Shown: positions 13,804 through 23,668 of the stretch, piece after piece
Layout of the letters: each line of letters begins with the position of its first letter
Position numbering within the stretch: position 1 is the stretch's first letter
From: an uncultured cyanobacterium
GTDB lineage: Bacteria; Cyanobacteriota; Cyanobacteriia; Cyanobacteriales; Nostocaceae
Assembly (NCBI GenBank): GCA_963706595.1
Contig: OY970166.1
Span: 3,808,001-3,872,000, forward strand
Reading direction: 5' to 3'
DNA: 64,000 nucleotides
Program-made: the position numbers and the translations under genes
The notes under the pieces: generated by a model
The model's database searches: none
Told to the model about the DNA's origin: nothing
Seen by the model: only the letters and a program-made list of their open reading frames with translations

Positions 13804-15485
13804 TCACCAAACGGCGGTAATTCATTAAGAATTGTAAAGCGGATGTGATTAATTGCCAAGTCACCTAGAGAGATGTCATCTTTCGTCAGCCTTGTACCTT
13901 GACTGCTTAAGGTTTCAAAGGTGATACCTTTGCCAATTTCAATGTGATACCAGGATAAACCCATGAAAAAGCGTGTGGGGTATGGTCCATTGTTACCCAC
14001 ATCATCAGGATTGGATTCCATTGGTAACCAACCAAAACCGGGAATGTAAAACTCTAACCACACATGGTTAAAGTCTGGTTGCAAGGGGACTCCTTGATGT
14101 TCGCTATGGGGAGGACATTTATATCTACCCACTGTACGGCAGGGAATGCCATTTAAACGGCATAAAGCTAGTAAAACGCCTACATACTCGCCGCAGGAGC
14201 CAACACCCCGTTCTAAGACCAAATCTGGGGTGTCAATGTAGGGTTTAATGCCATAGGATAATTCATCGTAAACGTAGTTGCGGATATTGTACATTTTCCG
14301 CAGGATATTGGTTTCTGAACCAATGGCTTCGCTGGCTGCATCGCGAACAATGGGAGTATCCATTGCCAAATCGTCGTCATCGACTAGGTAGCGTCGTTGA
14401 AATTCTGGTGATAGTTCGGGAGCATTATCTACATCTTTGGGGGTGATGCGATACTTAATTCCGCGAACTTCTAACAGTGCTTTCCAGCCAAATATATGTC
14501 TTTCGCCGGGAGTGAGGGCATCAAATTTAAACACTGCTACACGTTCCCCATCTATGACTTCTTCGGTAAAAGGAATACCAATGGGTTCAATGTGTTTTAA
14601 CTTTTGGCGTTCAGTGTCTGAAGGTAGGGCGATGCGCCATTCTACATCTGGCAAATACACCTCGTCTAAGGGAGCAATTTCCTCAGCATAGGACATGGAA
14701 ATCAGATAGCCGTTAGATAGGGCGTATTGTTTATCTGGCTCGTGATGGTAATGTAGGGGGTGAATAAATGTGCGATCGCGGTACGTGAGTTCATGACAGG
14801 GATCAGCATTGGGGTTATCCCGGATATAAGGCTCTTCTGAGGCATAGGAGACGAATAGGGTTTCTTTACCTGTTTCTTCATTTTTATGTATGGCAATGCC
14901 TGTGGGACATTCAAAGGGTGTTAACACGCTGAATTGAAGTTCTCCAGTGCCTCTGTCCATAGCATAGACTGTTTGCTCTGTGCGATCGCAAACCCAAAGA
15001 GTATCAAGGCTGACTGCCAAATTTTCCACCCCTACCCCAGGTGCATAAAACCTGGTGATTTCTTTGCGCGTATTACCATCAAAAATCAGAATACAGCCCA
15101 GCTTTTGGCAGCTAACGTAAATTGTGGTTTCCCACACAGCAACGCCATCAGCAGGATAAGGCAACGTCACAAAATGCTCTAGACCCAAAGACGAGAGTTT
15201 GGACAGATAAACACTGTTTTCACGCGTTAGCCATAGAGAATCGCCCCACACTGCAAGACCTTTAACATCGCGAAACTCCCTGATTTGATGGGGATTTCGG
15301 ATTGTACTGTTGTCAGAGATTGGATCAATCTCCAGCAAATGTCCTTTAATACTGTCAATCGCGATCAGTGTATCTTTGATGAAAGCAATGCCACAAAGAG
15401 TGGCAGCTGTTAACGGTCGAATTGTTCTTTGACCAAACATTTGGCTGGCAATCAAACTAGGAAGTGCAAAACTTATATTAAGCAT
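13800..15485 (-). CDS. Transglutaminase-like protein with N-terminal beta-propeller-like region
   Basis: GSCGEY catalytic Cys; HVWLEFY; GWLPMES; repeated GLAVW/GVAVW/NLAV/GIAI strands. Confidence 0.85.
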   Translation of the reverse strand: MLNISFALPSLIASQMFGQRTIRPLTAATLCGIAFIKDTLIAIDSIKGHLLEIDPISDNSTIRNPHQIREFRDVKGLAVWGDSLWLTRENSVYLSKLSSLGLEHFVTLPYPADGVAVWETTIYVSCQKLGCILIFDGNTRKEITRFYAPGVGVENLAVSLDTLWVCDRTEQTVYAMDRGTGELQFSVLTPFECPTGIAIHKNEETGKETLFVSYASEEPYIRDNPNADPCHELTYRDRTFIHPLHYHHEPDKQYALSNGYLISMSYAEEIAPLDEVYLPDVEWRIALPSDTERQKLKHIEPIGIPFTEEVIDGERVAVFKFDALTPGERHIFGWKALLEVRGIKYRITPKDVDNAPELSPEFQRRYLVDDDDLAMDTPIVRDAASEAIGSETNILRKMYNIRNYVYDELSYGIKPYIDTPDLVLERGVGSCGEYVGVLLALCRLNGIPCRTVGRYKCPPHSEHQGVPLQPDFNHVWLEFYIPGFGWLPMESNPDDVGNNGPYPTRFFMGLSWYHIEIGKGITFETLSSQGTRLTKDDISLGDLAINHIRFTILNELPPFGD

Positions 15486-15771
15486 ATTTATTCAACGGTT
15501 TAGCACGCCTAGAATTAATTTTGGTATATCTGGGATGACCAAAATGGTAGCTTTTAGAGCTGCTGTCAATTGATGAAATGTCTTCGTTACTGTTTTTCTT
15601 TGCGTAAAAATACATAAAGTTTTAGTCAAAAAACTAGTAGATTTCACCGAATTACATCTACATTCAAGTTACATATTACGAAGAAAATTTTGAATGTGAC
15701 TTTAATTGATGCTTTAACAGTCATCCCTAAATTATGATCGAATTCTATAACCATTTCCCGTAACATACACA

Positions 15772-18654
15772 ATGTCTGCTAATTCTTTCCCTGTTCGCGT
15801 AGCGTTGACCTCAGAAGAAGGTACTGTGGCTTGGCATGGTTTGGACGTTAATGAAGCGCTAAACCTGCTTGATAGCAATGCAGACAGTGGTTTAACATCC
15901 GAAGAGGTGCAACAAAGGTTGCAAAAATACGGTGATAACGAACTCAAAGAAAATAACGGTCGCAGTTCTTGGGAAATTCTGCTAGATCAGTTCAAAAACA
16001 TTATGTTATTGATGCTGATTGCTGTAGCTTTGATTTCTGGGTTTTTAGACCTGATGGCTTGGCAAGCTGGAGAATTAAAGCCTGGGGAAGTGCCGTTCAA
16101 AGACACGATCGCCATTATGGCAATTGTGGTTCTCAATGGCATACTGGGCTATGTCCAAGAAACCCGTGCCGAACAAGCTTTAGCCGCGCTGAAAAAAATG
16201 ACCTCTCCTTTAGTGCGAGTCCTGCGTAGCCGCAAGTTGATGGAAATAGCCGGGAAGGAACTTGTACCAGGAGATGTGATGCTACTGGAAGCGGGGATGC
16301 AGATAGCCGCAGATGGACGCTTGATTGAACAGTCTAATTTACAAGTGCGGGAATCGGCACTCACAGGTGAAGCTGAAGCTGTGAGCAAGCAGGCTAATTT
16401 AATCTTACCTGAAGAAACATCATTGGGCGATCGCCTGAATTTAGTCTTTCAAGGTACGGAAGTCGTCCAAGGACGCGCCAAGGTGCTAGTCACTAGCACG
16501 GGGATGGAAACGGAACTTGGTAAAATCGCTACCATGTTGCAGGGAGTGGAAAATGAGCCGACACCTTTGCAGCAGCGCATGACTCAGCTAGGTAACGTCC
16601 TCGTGACAGGTTCCTTGGTTCTCGTCGCCATTGTCGTCGTCGGCGGAATTATTCAAGCCAGAGGTTTCGACAACATCCGAGAACTTTTAGAAGTTTCCTT
16701 GAGTATGGCGGTGGCTGTAGTTCCAGAGGGTTTACCTGCTGTGATTACCGTGACTTTGGCACTGGGAACTCAGCGCATGGTCCGCCACAATGCCTTGATT
16801 CGCAAGCTACCAGCTGTAGAAACCTTGGGTTCTGTAACTACGATCTGTTCTGATAAAACTGGCACTTTGACCCAAAACAAAATGGTGGTGCAGTCAGTTT
16901 ATAGCAATAACAATGTGTTTCGGGTGACGGGCGAAGGTTATAATCCTATAGGGGATTTTCTATTAGATAGTCAAACAATTGATGTTGAAGATTATCCCGA
17001 AATTTCCGCTTTATTGCTGGCATCTGCCGTTTGTAATGATGCGGTGCTGCAAAAAGAAAAAGGCGAATGGGCAATTTTAGGAGACCCCACCGAAGGCGCT
17101 TTGGTGACAGTGGCGGGAAAAGCTGGTATTGAAAAAGATCAATGGAATAGCAAGTTACCCCGCATTGGTGAGTTTCCCTTTGACTCAGAACGCAAGCGGA
17201 TGAGCGTTATTTGTCAGGTGGAGGAAGTAGCCACAGGTGAAGCATCTGTCAGGGCTGTTGACCCAGTAATTGCTAGTTTGATCGAATCTGAACCTTATTT
17301 AATGTTTACCAAGGGTTCGCCAGAGTTGACCTTAGCCCGTTGTACTCAGGTTCTGATGGGGAATAACTCAGCTTCCTTGACAGATGAACAACGCGCTCAA
17401 ATTTTGGCGGAAAATGACCAGATGGCGAGTCAAGGTTTGCGGGTACTAGGCTTGGCTTATAAACCCCTGCTAGAAATCCCCAAAGAAGGTTCGCAGGAGA
17501 TATCTGAGGTAAATTTGGTTTGGCTGGGGTTAATAGGGATGCTGGATGCCCCTCGTCCAGAAGTGAAGGCGGCAGTCGAAGAGTCTCGAAATGCCGGAAT
17601 TCGCCCCATTATGATTACAGGCGACCATCAGCTAACTGCACGAGCGATCGCCATTGATTTGGGAATCGCCCAAGCAGGTGATAGAGTTCTTACAGGTCAA
17701 GAATTGCAGCATCTAAGTGACCAGGAATTAGAGCAACAAGTTGACTTAGTGAGTATCTACGCCAGAGTCTCGCCAGAACACAAACTGCGAATCGTCAAAG
17801 CCTTACAACGTCGCGGTAAATGTGTAGCTATGACCGGCGATGGTGTCAACGATGCGCCAGCTTTGAAACAAGCTGATATTGGGATTGCAATGGGTATTAC
17901 TGGTACTGATGTCAGTAAAGAAGCCAGTGATATGGTGCTACTCGATGACAACTTTACTACTATTGTCGCGGCGACGAAAGAAGGTAGAGTGGTTTATACC
18001 AATATTCGCCGCTTTATTAAATACATTCTCGGTAGTAACGTGGGCGAAGTTCTCACCATAGCCGCAGCACCACTGTTGGGACTAGGAGGCGTTCCCCTGA
18101 CACCATTACAAATTCTCTGGATGAACTTGGTGACAGACGGTTTACCAGCTTTGGCTTTAGCTGTGGAACCCCCGGAACCTGACGTAATGAAGCGTCCGCC
18201 TTTTAGTCCCCGCGAAAGTATTTTTGCTAGAGGATTAGGTTCCTACATCATTCGCATAGGCATCATTTTCGCCATTATTACGATTGTTTTAATGTTGTGG
18301 GCATACAATCATTGCCAGATCCCGGTGGAAGGACTTGATCCACAACGGTGGAAGACAATGGTATTTACTTCCTTGTGTCTAGCACAAATGGGTCATGCGA
18401 TCGCCATTCGTTCTAATAACAAACTCACTATAGAGATGAATCCCTTATCTAATAAGTTTGTCTTGGGGGCTGTAGTTGTCACCACGATTTTGCAGTTAAT
18501 GCTAATTTACGTCCCACCCATACGCGCTTTCTTTGGAACTCATTGGCTACCTCCCACTGAGTTGGCTATTTGTTGTGGTTTCAGTGCTTTGATGTTTGTC
18601 TGGATTGAAATGGAGAAGCTTTTCTTGCGCTTTACAGGTAGAAGAAGTGTTTGA
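15772..18654 (+). CDS. pacL: P-type IIA cation (probably Ca2+)-transporting ATPase, PacL-like
   Basis: [48 protein letters not shown]. Confidence 0.9.
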   Translation: MSANSFPVRVALTSEEGTVAWHGLDVNEALNLLDSNADSGLTSEEVQQRLQKYGDNELKENNGRSSWEILLDQFKNIMLLMLIAVALISGFLDLMAWQAGELKPGEVPFKDTIAIMAIVVLNGILGYVQETRAEQALAALKKMTSPLVRVLRSRKLMEIAGKELVPGDVMLLEAGMQIAADGRLIEQSNLQVRESALTGEAEAVSKQANLILPEETSLGDRLNLVFQGTEVVQGRAKVLVTSTGMETELGKIATMLQGVENEPTPLQQRMTQLGNVLVTGSLVLVAIVVVGGIIQARGFDNIRELLEVSLSMAVAVVPEGLPAVITVTLALGTQRMVRHNALIRKLPAVETLGSVTTICSDKTGTLTQNKMVVQSVYSNNNVFRVTGEGYNPIGDFLLDSQTIDVEDYPEISALLLASAVCNDAVLQKEKGEWAILGDPTEGALVTVAGKAGIEKDQWNSKLPRIGEFPFDSERKRMSVICQVEEVATGEASVRAVDPVIASLIESEPYLMFTKGSPELTLARCTQVLMGNNSASLTDEQRAQILAENDQMASQGLRVLGLAYKPLLEIPKEGSQEISEVNLVWLGLIGMLDAPRPEVKAAVEESRNAGIRPIMITGDHQLTARAIAIDLGIAQAGDRVLTGQELQHLSDQELEQQVDLVSIYARVSPEHKLRIVKALQRRGKCVAMTGDGVNDAPALKQADIGIAMGITGTDVSKEASDMVLLDDNFTTIVAATKEGRVVYTNIRRFIKYILGSNVGEVLTIAAAPLLGLGGVPLTPLQILWMNLVTDGLPALALAVEPPEPDVMKRPPFSPRESIFARGLGSYIIRIGIIFAIITIVLMLWAYNHCQIPVEGLDPQRWKTMVFTSLCLAQMGHAIAIRSNNKLTIEMNPLSNKFVLGAVVVTTILQLMLIYVPPIRAFFGTHWLPPTELAICCGFSALMFVWIEMEKLFLRFTGRRSV

Positions 18655-18667
18655 GGAGTGGAGAGTA

Positions 18668-18741
18668 AAGAATTTTGGATTTTGGAGAAAGCGATTTTAG
18701 ATTGCAGTCTAATCCAAAATCTAAAATCTAAAATCTAAAAT
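18668..18741. repeat. (attttrg)n / (tctaaaa)n inverted heptamer repeats
   Basis: Read directly between pacL and recF. Confidence 0.7.
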
Positions 18742-18757
18742 TGATTGACCATTATTT

Positions 18758-20008
18758 ATGTACCTGAAAAATCTACACCTGAGACAATTTCGGAATTACC
18801 AAGACCAGAAGGTTGAGTTTACTGCTGCTAAAACAATTCTGGTGGGTAATAATGCTCAGGGAAAATCTAATTTGTTGGAGGCGGTGGAGTTGCTGGCGAC
18901 GTTGCGATCGCATCGGATGGGACGCGATCGCGATTTTATTCAAGAAGGGCAGGATATAGCTCAAATTAATGCCACTCTGGAGCGAGAAAATGGTACTAGC
19001 GATTTGGCTTTAACTCTCCGCCGCAATGGTCGCCGCAGCGTGGCGATTAATGGCGAATCCGTGCGCCGACAAATGGATTTTTTAGGTGTACTAAATGCTG
19101 TACAGTTTTCTAGTTTGGATTTAGATTTGGTACGCGGTGGTCCCGATATTCGTCGTAATTGGCTAGATACATTATTAATTCAACTGGAACCAATTTATGC
19201 TCACATTTTGCAGCAATACAACCAAGTATTACGCCAACGCAACGCTTTTTTAAGGAAATCCCTAGATTCAGCAGGCGCGATGAATCGGAATCAAGCAGGC
19301 GTGATGAATCGGAATCAAGCAGACGCGATGAATCGGAATCAAGAAGACGCGATGAATCGGAATCAAGAAGACGCGATGAATCGGAATCAAGAAGACGCGA
19401 TGAATCGCGTCTCTACAAGGGATTCAACGCTGGCTATATGGGATGCTCAGTTAGTTAATACTGGTACTAAGGTAATTAGAAGACGCGATCGCGCAATTCA
19501 AAGACTAGCACCCATCGCTGCTGCTTGGCACTCTAGTATTAGTGGTAGTACAGAAGTTCTGAAAATCAATTATCTCCCTAGTGTGTCTTTGGCAGAAACC
19601 CCCCCAGAAGAAATACAGGCAGCTTTTTTAGCTAAAATTCAACAACGGTCTGCGGCTGAATTCTACCGAGGTACTACCCTAGTTGGACCTCATCGAGACG
19701 AAGTAGAATTAATGATTAATCAAACACCTGCTCGTCAATATGGTTCTCAAGGGCAACAACGAACTTTAGTCTTAGCTCTCAAATTAGCCGAATTAGAACT
19801 CATTGAACAAGTTGTCCAAGAACCCCCCTTGCTCTTACTAGATGATGTTCTCGCTGAATTAGACCCATTTCGCCAAAATCAATTACTTGATGCCATTCAA
19901 GACCGTTTTCAAACGCTAATTACTACTACACACCTCAGTTCTTTTGATGCCCAGTGGCTAAATTCCTCGCAAATTCTTTATGTGAAATCAGGAGAAATAG
20001 TATCGTGA
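18758..20008 (+). CDS. recF: DNA replication/repair protein RecF with an in-frame repeat insertion
   Basis: [41 protein letters not shown]. Confidence 0.96.
   Translation: MYLKNLHLRQFRNYQDQKVEFTAAKTILVGNNAQGKSNLLEAVELLATLRSHRMGRDRDFIQEGQDIAQINATLERENGTSDLALTLRRNGRRSVAINGESVRRQMDFLGVLNAVQFSSLDLDLVRGGPDIRRNWLDTLLIQLEPIYAHILQQYNQVLRQRNAFLRKSLDSAGAMNRNQAGVMNRNQADAMNRNQEDAMNRNQEDAMNRNQEDAMNRVSTRDSTLAIWDAQLVNTGTKVIRRRDRAIQRLAPIAAAWHSSISGSTEVLKINYLPSVSLAETPPEEIQAAFLAKIQQRSAAEFYRGTTLVGPHRDEVELMINQTPARQYGSQGQQRTLVLALKLAELELIEQVVQEPPLLLLDDVLAELDPFRQNQLLDAIQDRFQTLITTTHLSSFDAQWLNSSQILYVKSGEIVS
19271..19417 (+). repeat. In-frame 24-bp tandem repeat (five units plus a terminal palindromic unit) inside recF
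   Basis: (gmagrcgygatgaatcggaatcaa)5 followed by gaagacgcgatgaatcgcgtctctaca. Confidence 0.95.
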
Positions 20009-20178
20009 GTGGGGAGTGGGGAGTGGGGAGTGGGGAGTGGGGAGTGGGGAATAGGGAATAGGGAATGGGGGGGGAGAAGACAGTAACTTCCCAATGACTA
20101 ATGACCAATGACCAATGACTAATGACTAATGACTAATGACTAATGACTAATGACTAATGACTAATGACTAATGACTAA
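20005..20178. repeat. STRR tracts (gggagtg)n, (gggaata)n and (aatgacy)n
   Basis: Heptamer tandem repeats read directly. Confidence 0.92.
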
Positions 20179-20189
20179 TAATAAATTGA

Positions 20190-22562
20190 GTGGATAAACT
20201 CTACTGGCTTGACCAAATTAAACTGCAAGACCGCGCTCAGGTAGGTGACAAGGCATTCTACTTGAGTAAAATTATGCAGCGTGGCTATCCCGTAGTACCT
20301 GGTTTTGTCGTTTCCGCACAAGTATTAACACAATTTCTCACGACTCTCAATAGTACATCCGCTTTAGTCGCAGATTTACCCTATTCTTCTTTACACTTAG
20401 ATGTAGCTAATTGGCGACAACTTCAGCAAGTAGCTGGCCGCCTACGTCAGGAAATCATCACAGGTACAGTACCAGCGCAATGGGTGAATAAAATTTGCGC
20501 CGCAGCCAGAGAATGGCAAAGTAGTTATCTAATTTTGCGCCCCAGCTTGGCTTTATCGTCCATCGCACCTGGGGTAGGAAATACGTCTGGGTTGTTGGAT
20601 GCAATTTTTTGTCGCTGCGATGAGGAAGCGATCGCCTTAGCATTGAAACGCACTTGGAGTCAGTTATTTCGGGCTAGGAGTCTATTGTATTGGCGGCGGG
20701 TAGGAGTTAACCTGCAACAAGTTAATTTAGCGGTGTTGGTACAACCGGTGGAGAATGCGATCGCTAGTGGTCTTCTCTATGCTCATTCTCTGACCACGCC
20801 ACGCCAGCTATCAGGGTGGACAATAGAAGCCATTAAGGGATTAGGAATAGCGCTTTCCCAAGGCGATGTGCAACCGGATGTCTATTACATCCAACAAGAA
20901 ACAGGGGTAGTAATAGAGCGACATCTAGGCAATAAAATGCTGGCTTATGGTTTTGCTCATGACGCAACTGTGAATTCACACAAGTTAGTTGCAACAGTAG
21001 ATAATACTGATATAGTGACTTATGTACTTGAAGAAGCCCAACAAAAGCAATACGCTTTATCAGAAGAATATCTGCAACAAGTCATCACTCTAGGAAATCA
21101 ACTCGTGAGTGAAATAGGTAGCAACTTTACCATTAAATGGACGATCTCTGATAAAAACCCAGATCCCACTCTCCACTTAACTCAAGTTAGTTCGCCTCAA
21201 TCTGCAAATCCTAATTTACATTATGGCTACGCCACGCCAGCTATCATCAAAGGTCTAGGAGCATCTGGGGGACGTGTAACAGCAACAGCTTACGTAATTA
21301 CTGATGTCCACAAGAAACCAGAACCAATACACAAAGGAGTAATTTTAGTAGCACCAACTATTACACCAGATTGGTTGCCTTTTTTACAAGAAGTTGCTGG
21401 TATTATCACACAGAGGGGAGGATTAACTAGTCATGCGGCAATTCTGTCCAGAGAATTGGGTATCCCCGCCGTAGTTAGTGCCGCAGATGCTACAGTCTTG
21501 ATTCAAAGCGGTGAGAGGTTGCTTGTAGATGGCGATCGCGGGGAAGTTTATCGGACTAGAGGAGAAAAAGCAGCCCAGGGAGAAACTCCAGCACTCAAGT
21601 CCCCAGAGCCAACTGTTCCCCCATCTCCTCATTCTCATGTTGTTTCTCAGTTACCGCTCATTTCTACCCAGTTGCTAGTTAATCTGAGTCAGCCCAGGTT
21701 AATCGAGCCAGCCCAAAGTTTACCTGTGGATGGAGTGGGATTGTTACGCTCAGAATTAATGTTACTCAACATCCTCGAAGGACAACATCCCCAAAGTTGG
21801 CTGATCAGTGGTCGTCAAGCAGAATTGTTGGAAAAATGGACTGAGCAGATTATCCAGTTTGCTCGTGCTTTTGCGCCTCGACCCGTTTTTTATCGTTCTT
21901 TGGATTGGCGAGTCAATGAGTTACCATCGGGGCTGCATCATCAACATTCGATGCAGAATTCACTTCTGGGCGAGCGCGGTACATTCAGCTATGTATGCAA
22001 TCCCGCCGTTTTTGAGTTGGAATTAACAGCTTTGGCAAATGTGCAGAAGGCTGGATACAGCAATATTAATTTATTATTGCCTTTTGTTCGCAGTGTGGCA
22101 GAGTTTTCTTTTTGTCGGGGTAAAGTTGAGCAAGCTGGTTTAAACCAAGTACCGCAGTTTCAACTGTGGATGATGGCGGAAGTGCCAAGTGTGCTGTTTT
22201 TGCTCCCAGAATATGTCAAAGCAGGTGTAGCAGGGATTTCTATTGGGACCAATGACTTAACTCAATTACTGTTAGGTGTAGACCGAGAACAAGGAGAGAT
22301 TACCAGAGTTTTAAATGAACGTCATCCAGCAGTCATGGGTGCGATCGCGCAACTAATCCAAATGGCGAAAACTGCGGGGATACCTTGTTCAATCTGCGGT
22401 CAAGCCCCAGCGATTTATCCAGAAATCATTGATCAACTGGTACAATGGGGGATCACTTCTATTTCCGTGGAACCCGAAGCCGTGGAAAGGACTTATAAAG
22501 CGATCGCCCGTGCTGAACAACGCCTAATTTTAGCAGCAGCCAGAAAGCAACTTCAAGATTAG
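20190..22562 (+). CDS. PEP synthase/PPDK-family protein (putative PEP-binding protein) with degenerate N-terminal domain
   Basis: GGLTSHAAILSRELGIPAV phospho-His domain; DGVGLLRSEL; MMAEVPS; SIGTNDLTQ; SICGQAP. Confidence 0.85.
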   Translation: MDKLYWLDQIKLQDRAQVGDKAFYLSKIMQRGYPVVPGFVVSAQVLTQFLTTLNSTSALVADLPYSSLHLDVANWRQLQQVAGRLRQEIITGTVPAQWVNKICAAAREWQSSYLILRPSLALSSIAPGVGNTSGLLDAIFCRCDEEAIALALKRTWSQLFRARSLLYWRRVGVNLQQVNLAVLVQPVENAIASGLLYAHSLTTPRQLSGWTIEAIKGLGIALSQGDVQPDVYYIQQETGVVIERHLGNKMLAYGFAHDATVNSHKLVATVDNTDIVTYVLEEAQQKQYALSEEYLQQVITLGNQLVSEIGSNFTIKWTISDKNPDPTLHLTQVSSPQSANPNLHYGYATPAIIKGLGASGGRVTATAYVITDVHKKPEPIHKGVILVAPTITPDWLPFLQEVAGIITQRGGLTSHAAILSRELGIPAVVSAADATVLIQSGERLLVDGDRGEVYRTRGEKAAQGETPALKSPEPTVPPSPHSHVVSQLPLISTQLLVNLSQPRLIEPAQSLPVDGVGLLRSELMLLNILEGQHPQSWLISGRQAELLEKWTEQIIQFARAFAPRPVFYRSLDWRVNELPSGLHHQHSMQNSLLGERGTFSYVCNPAVFELELTALANVQKAGYSNINLLLPFVRSVAEFSFCRGKVEQAGLNQVPQFQLWMMAEVPSVLFLLPEYVKAGVAGISIGTNDLTQLLLGVDREQGEITRVLNERHPAVMGAIAQLIQMAKTAGIPCSICGQAPAIYPEIIDQLVQWGITSISVEPEAVERTYKAIARAEQRLILAAARKQLQD

Positions 22563-22651
22563 TAACCTGTTGCAGTCTATAATCGAGACAAGAAAAAACT
22601 ATAGCCTTTACTAATCATATATAAGTACATCATAGCCCCCTCCCCGCAAGC

Positions 22652-22807
22652 CTACGGTGTACACACAAATCTAAAACCCTTGATTTGGGTAGGGTGCATT
22701 ATGGACTTTAGTCCTAACGCACCGAGAATCTAAAATGGTGCGTTGCGCTACGCGACAACACACCCTACATAAATGGAGTAATTCAATCATTTGTGTGTAC
22801 ACGGTAG
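22652..22807. mobile_element. IS4/IS50-type MITE with 10-bp target duplication ccccgcaagc
   Basis: TIRs ctacggtgtacacacaa / ttgtgtgtacacggtag; DR at 22642-22651 and 22808-22817. Confidence 0.8.
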
Positions 22808-22817
22808 CCCCGCAAGC

Positions 22818-22972
22818 CTACCGTGTACACACATCCTGAGCCAAAGAGAGTTTCCAGCCCTAAAAACAAGATTTCTGATTAAATCTTGTTCCCCTCCTCG
22901 CTTGCGGGGAGGGGCTAGGGGTGGGGTTTTATGACGCAAAAGAGAATTTCCTGACTTGTGTGTACACCGTAG
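22818..22972. mobile_element. Second IS4/IS50-type MITE carrying an internal REP-like palindrome
   Basis: TIRs ctaccgtgtacacaca / tgtgtgtacaccgtag; internal cccctcctcgcttgcggggagggg. Confidence 0.75.
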
Positions 22973-23508
22973 TGGCGTGGCAAGCTTAAAGTAGTGCATT
23001 AGGCAAAAGCAGAAAACATTGATTTATCTCAATTTTCTCAAAAATCTATTGCAACATTTTAGCCTTGTCACGCCAGTAGTAGCGTGGCAAGCTTAAAATA
23101 GTGCATTAGGAAAAAGCAGAAAACATAGATTTATCTCAATTTTCTCAAAAATCTATTGCAACATTTTAGCCTTGCCATGCCAGTAGTGGACTGACAAGCT
23201 TAAAATAGTGCATTAGATAAAAGCAGAAAACATTGATTTATCTCAATTTTCTCAAAAATCTATTGCAACATTTTAGCCTTGTCACCCCAGTAGTAGTAGC
23301 GTGGCAAGCTTAAAATAGTGCATTAGGTAAAAAGCAGAAAACATTGATTTATCTCGATTTTCTCAAAAATCTATTGCAACATTTTAGCCTTGTCACGCCA
23401 GTAGCGTGGCAAGCTTAAAATAGTGCATTAGGTAAAAAGCAGAAAACATTGATTTATCTCGATTTTCTCAAAAATCTATTGCAACATTTTAGCCTTGTCA
23501 CGCCAGTA
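22970..23508. repeat. Five tandem copies of a ~105-bp TA-flanked MITE
   Basis: Units start near 22973, 23080, 23187, 23297 and 23402; each has imperfect TIRs tggcgtggcaagcttaaaa...ttttagccttgtcacgcca. Confidence 0.92.
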
Positions 23509-23668
23509 GGCTTGCGAGGAGGGGGCTATGATGTATTTCATTTAGGTTGTTGACATCTATGTTGGGTGGCGCTGGGCTTCACCCAACCTACGTTTAATGC
23601 ACTATTTTAGGCTTGTCAGTCCAGTAGTCCTATAGTTAATTTCACCTGATACAACACCCCCAAAACTA

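Noticed and set aside
19271..19417. Possible mini-CRISPR or intein in recF
   Set aside because: Contiguous 24-bp units without spacers; no intein C/S...HN splice motifs
22970..23508. Possible CRISPR array
   Set aside because: Units are ~105 bp, nearly identical throughout, with no unique spacers and no cas operon; they have MITE-like TIRs
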